Part shown: piece after piece, positions 11,403-21,202 of the stretch | Layout: each line of letters starts with the position of its first letter | Numbering within the stretch: position 1 is the stretch's first letter | Assembly (NCBI GenBank): GCA_964187785.1 | Contig: OZ076409.1 | Coordinates: 20,090,001-20,154,000 of the forward strand | Length of the DNA: 64,000 bases | Reading direction: 5' to 3' | Source: Amphiscolops sp. MND2022 | Taxonomy: Eukaryota | Notes under the pieces: model-generated | Database searches by the model: none | Seen by the model: the letters and a program-made list of their open reading frames with translations, nothing else | Told to the model about the DNA's origin: nothing | Position numbers and translations under genes: made by a program

Positions 11403-14067
11403 ACGGCCAAAAAAAGTTATTTGAAAGCGCTAGGTATTTGAAAACGTGAAAACATTGACTCGATCTCAATTTCTTTGACCATTTTACTTCGAATTTGGTG
11501 ATAGATTGCGTATTCGCGAAATGGATTCGATCCTAACATCCACCGCCTACCAAAGGTATCTGTGAAAAGGTATATTTGGTTTTAACTTTTTAGAGGACGT
11601 TTCAGCGACATATTGTTGCCGAAACGTCTTGTTCCAACATGAAATACTTCAATAAAGGAGTAACTTAACTTTCACAAGAAGGGGAAAATTTCACGTTCCA
11701 AAGCAGAGCTTTCTCTGTGGAACCAGGAGCTGCAGGTGTCACATTGTACCCATTTATCGTTTGACCCTTCTTGCTTCTTGCATTTTTCACATTCGTAAGC
11801 ATTGGAGGCTGTTCGCAGGCGTCCTCGTGGTTTAGTCATTGACCTAGTGATGTTCCAGGGGACCAGTAACAATTAGTATCTGAAGCAATTAATAAGTTTG
11901 AGTAATGTGGACCTGATGCTTGACGTGGGATGAACGGTGTACAAAATCCCAATAAATCACATATCAATCAAACGAAACAACGAATGCATGTAGCACTCCG
12001 GTTAACATCATCAACGTTAGTCCTCTATACGGTACTCCCGAAACTTATTTGGACTTTATTCGTGGAACTAAAACATTGGACTCATTTGAAACACGTGTAA
12101 CACCTGTAGTCTTGTTTCATCTTTGAAACACCCGAAGATAGGATACGCTCGTTTTGCCAGAGCATCGATTACAGAAAAGCAACTGGCCCAGATCAAATTC
12201 CTGGAATAAGTTTCAAAAATTGTTCCAAGACCCTCAGCAAATCCATCAGCCAAATACTTTACAAAATCAAGCAGTCTGTTGTTTTCCCCTCGGTTTGGAA
12301 AATCTCGATTGTTAGTCCTGTCCACAAAAAAGGCTCAAAATCAGATGTTCTCAACTACCGAACCATGTCTCTTCTTTGCATAATCTCAAAAATCTTTGAA
12401 CGTTGTCTTTTTTATATTTGTATCCTCTCCTTGAACCGCTCTTTCATCCTGCACAATATGGTTTCCGCAAAGGTAGATCCTCAGTCCTACATTTATTGAT
12501 ATATGTTGAAATGATCTATAATGCACTCGAGTCGGGGCATTGTGAAGACGTAATATATTTTGACTACGAGAAAGCCTTTGAAAACGTGGATCACGGTTTA
12601 TTTTTGATGAAGCTCTCTAAGTTTGGCATTCATCGGAAAATACTGAAACTAATTGAATCCTATTTTACGAATCGCCAGCAGAGAATTCGCGTGAATGATC
12701 ACCTTTCATCACAAAAATAACGAGTGGAGTTCCCCAAAGCTCGATTATATCAAACTTATTTTTCCTCGTCTATATAAATGATCTACCGTCGTTATTCAAA
12801 TCTTCAATACCCCTGCTTTGCGCAGATGACGCTAAATTTATTGCAATAAAGAAACAAAAGCTCCATTTTCAGCTGGACTTGTCTCGAGTGAAAAGATGGA
12901 GTGATACGCATCAACTACCACCTAATGTCGACAATTCTTCCCTTCTTTCCTTCCATGCTAACCATGTGGAGTTCGACTTCTCTGGAGATGAAATTCGCCA
13001 AGTTACGACGCAGAAAGATCTTGGAATTTATATATCCGATGATATGAAATGGAATCATCAGATTAAGACCGCAGCAAAGAAAGCTCTCGGCGTGTTCTCC
13101 CAAACTCTCTGCTCATACTAAACTGAAAGTAAACAAGTCAATAGTTTCCCGTATTGATTTATGGGAGTACCTGTTGTTTTGAAAAGTCGAAAACACCATA
13201 TAACTCGAAGGAATTCAGAAGAAATGCTTAAAAGCCGATCTGACAGTTAGACCTAACAGTTAGATCTAATTCCATTAGACCCAAGCATTTAGATCAATGG
13301 CGTACACCCCAAACTGCACCAGCAATAGCAACTACAAAGTGCTACTACAACAAAGCCGACTTCTTCCACTTTCACTTTATTTGCAATTACAAAATATTTT
13401 AATGCTGTCAAAGATGCCCAGTGGATACTTTGTCTTCGATCCATCCTCTAGAGGCCCCGAGAGCACTGCGAACATCCGGTGATATCCAATTCGAACACGG
13501 AAAAAGGATGCTTCAACTAAGTGAACAAAGTTTCTTCTACCGAACAACTGCCTGGGTAAAGTAAATGGTCACTTGGCTTAATGCCATTTGGCTTAAAGTC
13601 ATTGGGCTTAATATAGTTGGTCACTTGGCTTAATTTTTTTAAGCTAAGTGTCTCGGGTATTGGTCACTTGGCTTAAAGTCATTTGATTTAAAACCACTTA
13701 GTTGAAAAAACGTTGCAGATTTTGTCGAATTTATCTTTATAACGTAGTCGGCGTATTATTATAACGTCATATCAAGTACCCCTCGCATATGTCCCCATTT
13801 CCTCTAGTGCCCTGCGGCCTCTTGGGGCCGCTTATATTCCCGTCTTGCTAAGCGAGGCCGAACAGGAGCAAAGACCTAGCGGAAACGGAGATCGCGAAGC
13901 GATCGTAGTGGGAGCTGGTCTTTGCGACGGTGAGGGCGAGCATGGATTCACCGCATATGCCCCACATTATGTTATTTCAGGGAGTTGACATATTTATTCC
14001 TTGAGTTGGAATGGAGTTGGCTTAATTTTGTGGTCACTTGGCTTAAAATTCTTAAACCAAATGACTC

Positions 14068-14300
14068 TATTAGGGCCTGGGCTCCTTCTGGTCGTAGCTG
14101 GGTTGTCGGAAGATTGGTGAAGAGTGGTTATTGTCAATACTTTATTTTGTGTTGTGAGTTGATAAAGTGATTCAGTCAAGTGAAGATAAAATAACCGGTA
14201 CATGTTTACAAACAACAATAATATACTAAATTAGTTCAGTCTGGTATAGTCTGAGATGGTTGACCTTTAATGGTCCTTTGACCTTCATCGATCTCTAACA
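14068..14300 (-). repeat. Copia 3' LTR
   Basis: Near-identical to 19255-19486 and adjacent to the PPT. Confidence 0.95.
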
Positions 14301-17300
14301 CCCCCGCTCGATGAGAGACTCCGAGGGTTGTTGTTTGATGATGGCGAACCACTGTGCTTGACCATCTGTCGTGTCAAGGCAGCGGTTGAGAGGGCTCTAT
14401 CCATCAGTTGAAAAGAAGCTGAAAGTCGTCATAGTCCAAGTGATAACATAAATACTATAATGAGAAATGTAAAATAATTGAGTTGTGAGGGAGGCAAGGG
14501 TTAAATTGTTGATTGGGGTGGCTGAATGACGAAGAGTAGCGATGAGAGCTCATTGAAGGCAGGCTTGGGTAGGTTCTTGGTGAAGATATCAGCCAAGTTG
14601 TTTTTTGTGGAGACATAAGACAGTTGAATGCGTTTGTCCTCAACCAGTTGACGGATGAAGTGGTGTCGGGTTTCTATGTGTTTAGCACGTTTTGGGCGAC
14701 AGGGTTGCTGGCCAGTGCGAGTGCCCCTTGATTGTCACCACACAACAGAACAGGCGTGTCCACCGTCATCAAACAGAAGAATGTGAGCAAGCCTTGCAAA
14801 TAGACTGCTTCCTGTGCAGCCAAAGCCAACGAAACATACTCGGCTTCGCAAGAGCTAAGTGCCACACACCCTTGCTTTTTGGACGCCCAAGAGACAACAC
14901 TACCAGAACGACTTAGTTTGAAGCAAAAACCCGAAGTTGACTTGCGATCGTCCTTGTCGGAATCCGAAAAACCAAAAAGTTCGAGATTTTCAGAGCGGTT
15001 ATACACAAGAGATAGAGACTCGGTGCCCTTGAGAAAACGGAGAAGGTGTTTCAATGCACACCAATGGGCTTTACCAGGATTTGACACGAATTGTGCTAAG
15101 TTATAGACAGCAAAGCAAATATCGGGGCGACTAACAACGGACAAATACATCAAGTTTCCAACTAAGCTACGATATTGTTTCTGTTCACAAATATCAAGTG
15201 AATTGTCACTACCTTCGATAGGGCAGTCCAATTTTGACTGTTTCGTATGGGGAATAGCTGGAGTACTGACTGGTTTACAATCAGACATATTACTTTTGCG
15301 CAAAAGGTCCTTTATATAGGACCGCTGACTAAGAGAAATGCGACCGCGTGACTGTTCAACATTGCATCCCAAAAACCAAGTCATTTTCCCACGATCATCG
15401 ATGCTGAATGCATCGCTGAGTTCCGCCTTGAAATCATGCAGCATTTTGTCGTTGTTTGAAAAGTACAAAATGTCGTCGACCCAAACTAGTACAAATAGTT
15501 GGGAACCATTAGTCCCATCGCAACGAAAAAGACAATGATCCTCGGCAGACTGTACAAATTCGTTCTTCAAAAACCACTGGGTTAAAGTTTTGTTCCATTC
15601 CCTCCCTGCTTGCTTTAAACCATAAAGGCATTTTTGAAGCTTGCAACAAAGTGTTTCACCATTAGCCCCCGCTTGCGCGAAGCCTTCTGGTTGTTCTATA
15701 TAAATTTCATCACTCAAGTTCGCATTGAGGAAGGTTGAACGGACGTCTAACTGAAAAACAAAAGTCGACCAAGAAGCAGCGAGCGCGAAACAAATCCTCA
15801 AGGTACAAAGTTTGGCAGTAGGCGCAAAAGTTTCATCGTAATCGTTCCCAAAAACTTGCGAAAACCCTTGGGCTACGAAACGAGCTTTGAATTTTTCAAT
15901 AGTTCCGTCGTCGTGTCGCTTAATTTTGAAAACCCACCGGCTTCCAATTGCTTTTCGGCCTGGGGGAAGCGGAGAAAGCACCCAGGTTTTGTTCTCAATA
16001 AGCGCATCGTACTCTATTTGAGTAGCTTCGATCTATTCGCTTTTAACCGATGACTTCATTGCTTCACGATAAGTTAGATTCTCATCGCTGTCATCCGTTA
16101 AAAGAACGTAGTCGTCTAGATACGCAGGCGGTTTGATAACTCTCGCACTACGAAACCGCAAAAAAGCACTACTTTCATTGGCATCATTGTTTTCAGATGA
16201 AACAACATCAACGGGGAAAGGAATCGTTTCAGTTTCGAAATCATTCAATGTTTCAGTCGGTAAAATAGGAACTGAAGACTTTTCGCAAAAATGTTTCTGT
16301 GTTTCAGTCAGAACTTGTTTCGGTGCCGGTTTTTTTGGTTACAAATGCTCGGATGTTTTGACTTGTGTGCGCAGCAAAAAAGTCGAAAGAAGTCTCATCA
16401 AAGGAGACGTTGCGAGAAAACGAAGTCTTTTTAGAATAAGGATTGTTCAAAATGTATGCTTCGGAATCCTCAGAATAACCAACGAAAACTTCTTTGGTGG
16501 CTTTATCGGAAAGTTTGTCTTGATGCGTTTCAATGTGTTTGAAAGCAGTACATCCAAAAACTTTCAAGTTGGGAAGATCTGGTTTTTTACCAAAAAACAT
16601 TTCTAAGGGCGTTTTACCTTTTGGTAAACTAACTGTGAGGCAACGATTTGAAATTTAAAAAGCAGTGTGTAAGGCCCGAACCCAGAATTCATTGCCGAGT
16701 TTTGCTGTTTTTAGCATGCAGCAAGCCATTTCAACTGTTGTTCGCCAGCGACGTTCACTCACACCATTTTGATGAGGCGAATAAGGGGCAGTATGCTCTC
16801 GTTTGATTCGGATTGATATACAAAAACTTCGAAAAGACTTGGAAATGTACTCTTTCCCATTATCAGAACGGATTGCTCTGGGCGTTCCGACTTGCGCACA
16901 AAAAACTTTGAATTTATCTAGGCACTCCTCTTTCAATTTGAGGAAATATACCGCTGAGTACCTGCTGTAGCTGTCCGTAAAAGAAATAGCGTATCGATTG
17001 CCACCAAGCGAAGTAGTTGGCATCGGTCCCAAAATGTCAGTGAAGACGAGATCAAGTTTCGAAGATTTTCGTTTCTACTTTTTTCGCGATACTGGTTGCC
17101 GTCGTGACTTAGAAATTTTGCAAACTTCACAACAACAAAGTTTATCAAAAGCACTGTGTTTCAAGCTCATCCCCGAAACATGATGAGCCAAACGTTTCAC
17201 ATTTTTGAAATTGTTGTGACCACAACACCGCTTCTTCGTTTTCGCCGGAAAAAGAGCAAAAATCAAATGTCTTTCCTTTCAAAACGTAAAGATTAGCGTG

Positions 17301-18284
17301 CTCTTCAAAAGGAATAGTTGCTCTTTCATTGACAAAAATGCTCAGAGACTTTCCGAAATTCACTTGAGCCCCGTTTTGTCTCAACTTGCTAACGCTGATC
17401 AAGTTATGAGAATGATCAGGAAGAAAAAGACAGTCGGAAAATGTCACACAGCGTTCGTCCCTTCTTTGTCCAAAAGTAAAAGAGAAACTTTTCCAACACC
17501 CTCAACTTGCGAAAAAGTCCCATTCGCATTTTTTACTTTGCGTTGTGTTTCTTCGCTAAAGTCGAACAACAGGGAACGGTCAAAAAACATATGCGAGGAA
17601 GCACCAGAGTCGATGACCAAAGTGTGCTCCTTCACCTCGCATTTTTGGCTAGTGAGTGCAGTCTCACTACCATCGCAAAAGAAAACTAAGTCCTCAGCTA
17701 GGTTTGACTCTCCTGTCTCAGCACTTGACTTAGGGTTCAAAAGAGGGTTTTTCTTGAAACATTTATTCTCTTCATGGCCAAAACGCCTGCAAAAGTTACA
17801 CTGGGATACTCTACAAATGGCTTGTTTATGTCCATTTTTACCGCAACGCCTACACTTTCCATTGAATTTTTCAGGTTTACGCGCGGAACTTTTCGCAAGA
17901 GTTCCTTTGGATAACAAGGCAACATTTTCATTGCTAGCTGTCGCAGTTTGTAGGTTACGAGAACTTTCTAAATTTTTTAATGCTTTTTTTACTTCCGCAA
18001 AAGACGCCTTATCTTTCGAAAAATCGTGCACAGTTTTGAAATAGTCATATTCGGAAGGCAAACCCTGAAGAACTATCGAAGTTAACATGTTTTCAGAAAC
18101 TTTCTCACCAGCGAGCTCCAACTGCTTACTCACATACTCCGCTCGAGTCAGGTAGTCAACCATGCTCTCCGTGGGCTCCTCGGTGTTTCGGTGCTGTTGA
18201 AGTGGTCCTGCAGTAGTTGCCATGCCTTCGGACCATCACCTTTGCAGTCGTTCGTCAGCATCAGGATACTGCGGCTGTCAAGAC

Positions 18285-18794
18285 GGGAACAAGACGTTTC
18301 GGCACAAGACGTTTCGGCAACAAGATGGCGGAAGACGTTTCGGCAACAAAATGTTGCCGAAACGTCTTTCACCTGCTGTGAAGACGTTTCGGCACCAAAG
18401 ACGTTTCGGCAACAAGAAGAATAATCTGTAGTTTTCTTTAGTATGAAACGTGCCCCATATATGTCCCCATTTCCTCTAGTGCCCCGCGGCCCCTTGGGGC
18501 CGCTTATATTCCCATCTTGCTAAGCGAGGTCGAACAGGAGCAAAGACCTAGCGGAAACGGAGATCGCGAAGCGATCGTAGTGGGAGCTGGTCTTTGCGAC
18601 GGTGAGGGCGAGCGTGCATACACCGAATATGCCCCCACATTAGAAGAGGAAAGTACTGAAAATTTGTTGCCGAAACGTCTTTCACCTGCTGTGAAGACGT
18701 TTCGGCACCAAAGACGTTTCGGCAACAAAAAGTTGCCGAAACGTCTTCCGCCATCTTGTTGCCGAAACGTCTTGTGCCGAAACGTCCGGAACCC
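18285..18794. mobile_element. Foldback element A (aagacgtttcggcaac inverted arrays) with core copy 18441-18642, inserted in Copia gag
   Basis: 8-bp TSD gtcaagac (18277-18284, 18795-18802) and long near-perfect terminal inverted repeats (TIRs). Removing the element restores gag LVQCLD|SRSIL. Confidence 0.92.
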
Positions 18795-19254
18795 GTCAAG
18801 ACACTGTACCAAGTACGCCCAAATTTCGTACTTCTTGTCATTCGTGCCAGCATCTGTTCCATTCAGCACGTTCAGGAGCTTCTTCGTGAAACAGAACCCC
18901 TCGAATCGCTCCTGCCACACAGCGAAGTCTTCTTCCTTGCCAGAGAACTGGAGATACTGCAAAGGTCGATCCATCCCTCACAAACTCCAACAAAAGCCCG
19001 AAGCAGGCAGAAAGAAGTAACTGAAACAAAAATGAGGGGAGCAAAACAGGGATTCCCACGAAGATAAGCTACAAAGTTAGCGAAAGCGAAACAGCGGTAA
19101 CGGACGGCATAAATAGCAAAAATTGTGGATATCCGAGACGCGAAAAGGAAAAATGGAGAGCGAAAAATAAGATCAGACGAGCATAGTCAAAGTAAGCAGA
19201 AAAAGGTTTTTTTAAGGAAAAAGGCAAACTCACCAAATTGCTGGGTCCCTAACC

Positions 19255-19486
19255 TTTAGGGCCTGGGCTCCTTCTGGTCGTAGCTGGGTTGTCGGAAGAT
19301 TGGTGAAGAGTGGTTATTGTCAATACTTTATTTTGTGTTGTGAGTTGATAAAGTGATTCAGTCAAGTGAAGATAAAATAACAGGTACATGTTTACAAACA
19401 ACAATAATATACTAAATTAGTTCAGTCTGGTATAGTCTGAGATGGTTGACCTTTAATGGTCCTTTGACCTTCATCGATCTCTAACA
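19255..19486 (-). repeat. Copia 5' LTR
   Basis: Starts TGTTAG on the minus strand and is followed by the PBS. Confidence 0.95.
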
Positions 19487-20380
19487 GACTCGACGAAAAA
19501 ATTAAGCCAAATGGTATTAAGCCAAGTGACTGGTAACCCTGGGTAAATCGTTTGCCCAGAGATGTCCAATTTGACGAACCTTTTGGCCTCAAACAACGCT
19601 TCCTAAAACACCTGTGGGCTCACTTCGACAGCTGTTACAATGAAATTGTCCGCTCAACATGAAGAATTTAATTTGGAACCACGAAATGTGAAAGGGAGAA
19701 TATCCCTGTACCACTCAACGACTAGTCATGTTCATACTACTTCTACGACTACTACTAAAAATATTACAACCTGCACTTTTTCTCGAAAAATAATACTCAC
19801 GGGTTATAGACGAAAATTCGATTTCAAATTCATCCAATCAGTTTGCAGTATAAACTAATATTCTGTTCGAGACAATTTTTCGTTTTCTGCTGTTCGTAAC
19901 TTTGGCTGTTTAGGAATTGCCCTTAAAATCAATTTTCGATACCTCCTTTTTTGCAACCAGGGGTGTGTATTTTCACCCACACCCCCCCCCCCCCAACATG
20001 ATGACGGCGGGCGGGAATAACGTCTAAGGAATAACGTCTAAATTTAAAACGGGAATAACGTCTAAATTTAAATCATTTTTCAGGAATAACGTCTAAAGTT
20101 TTGGACGTTATTCCCGTTTTTTTAGACGTTATTCCCGTTTTTTAGACGTTATTCCTGTTTTGAAAGTTGAACTTTCTGAAATCAAAAAAAATAAATTTCT
20201 GAATATTTTCACAACAAATGGCCGGCACAAAAATGGGTCCTGGCAAGTGTATCATTGTCTACGGTACCCTTAATTCGAACAACAACAATTCATAGTTATT
20301 TATTTTTCCCACTTAATGTGGGGGCGTTTTCGGTGTAGCCTAATTGTTGTGATAAACTTATTAAATAGTTTCCGGTTGTG

Positions 20381-21193
20381 ATGCCTCCAAAAAGACAGAC
20401 GAAGCAGACAAACAGCAAAAGTGCAACTACTGACCTCCTACCCTGTGCAAAAGAAACGTGTGGAAAATGTGATGTGGAGGTAGTTGACGGGGATTCAGCC
20501 CTGGCCTGTGAACAATGCCTCAGGTACTTCCACGGGGTCTGCTTGGGCGTAAACAATGCTGTGGTGACGGCAATGGGGAATCTCCCTGGGTGCTACTGGT
20601 TCTGTGAAGAGTGTGATGGACCTCAGCGGGCTCGTGTGGATCTGCCAAAGGAAACTGAAAAGCTAAGTAAAATGGTTTCTCATTTGAATACATTAGTAGC
20701 AAAGATTCCTCCTCTTGAGATACCAAAAACTCCTGATTCATCGACTGCTAAAATAATGAATGTAATGACTGACGATTATAAATGTCAAGTACGTATCTCT
20801 GGCATTGAAGAAACTCCTGAAAACACTGCATCAAAACAGATGATTAAAGATCAAGTTCAAATTGAAGAAGTCCTTGAGAAAATTGACTGTTCCTTCCCGA
20901 TCAAAGGTGTAAGACGAATGGGCCGCTATTACCCAGGACGCAAACGGAAAGTTTTAATAACATTCCAATCACCATGGGAAGCACGGCTGGTCATTGCCAA
21001 AGCGATTGAAAATAACCTCTTCCAGGAACACAAAGTACTGATTACTCCTGGGCTTTCCAAAGAAGACGCATTGCGCGAGAAAACGCTCCTGCAAAAGAGA
21101 TATGATATGATACAGAATGGCACTGATTCAAAAACTTTGAAAATTAGAAAACTTAAACTCTACCAAAATGGCAAGGAGGTTCAAATTGAATGA
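20381..21193 (+). CDS. CR1-type LINE ORF1 (PHD finger plus C-terminal domain)
   Basis: PHD pattern CGKC..ALACEQCLRYFHGVC..YWFCEEC, then VRISGIEE and RRMGRY..RKVLITF. It lies directly upstream of APE-RT. Confidence 0.9.
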   Translation: MPPKRQTKQTNSKSATTDLLPCAKETCGKCDVEVVDGDSALACEQCLRYFHGVCLGVNNAVVTAMGNLPGCYWFCEECDGPQRARVDLPKETEKLSKMVSHLNTLVAKIPPLEIPKTPDSSTAKIMNVMTDDYKCQVRISGIEETPENTASKQMIKDQVQIEEVLEKIDCSFPIKGVRRMGRYYPGRKRKVLITFQSPWEARLVIAKAIENNLFQEHKVLITPGLSKEDALREKTLLQKRYDMIQNGTDSKTLKIRKLKLYQNGKEVQIE

Positions 21194-21202
21194 CTCACAA
21201 AG

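Larger units (their letters stand above)
14068..19486 (-). mobile_element. Ty1/Copia LTR retrotransposon (gag-PR-IN-RT-RH), disrupted
   Basis: LTRs at 14068-14300 and 19255-19486, with 5-bp TSD gactc (14063-14067, 19487-19491). The polypurine tract (PPT) is gagcggggg and the primer-binding site (PBS) is ggttagggacccag. Motifs: CRRCGKNGH knuckle, IDSGASSHM, IRSDNGKEY, KARFVAQG, WVDD and ALSSCEAEY. Confidence 0.97.
13560..19538. mobile_element. Foldback (MULE-like) element B with ggtcacttggcttaa inverted arrays; contains core copy 13778-13969 and the Copia
   Basis: cctgggtaaa is duplicated at 13551-13560 and 19538-19547 (TSD 8-10 bp, exact length ambiguous). The termini are inverted: gtcacttggcttaatgccatttggcttaa and ttaagccaaatggtattaagccaagtgac. 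Confidence 0.85.
11950..19760 (+). mobile_element. Degenerate CR1-type LINE ORF2, interrupted at 13560-19538
   Basis: KATGPDQIP, QYGFRKGRSS, DYEKAFENVDH, SGVPQ and CADDAK. The frame FFYRTTAWV|NRLPRDV rejoins across the insertion. It ends in a hairpin (aggga-gaata-tccct) and a (cta)n tail near 19735-19757. Confidence 0.85.

Noticed and set aside
11672..11872. PHD-finger host gene
   Set aside because: This is an isolated fragment lacking the final Cys pair and embedded among transposon debris; most likely a transposon relic.
18290..18790. CRISPR-like appearance of short repeats (also 20013-20160 and 24245-24493)
   Set aside because: The units are ~15 bp, occur in both orientations and lack unique regular spacers. 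They are bounded by TSDs in eukaryotic DNA with no cas genes.
18148..19067. Cluster of overlapping ORFs on both strands
   Set aside because: These arise from the GC-rich palindromic foldback A inside Copia gag. Only the gag pieces are real coding sequence.
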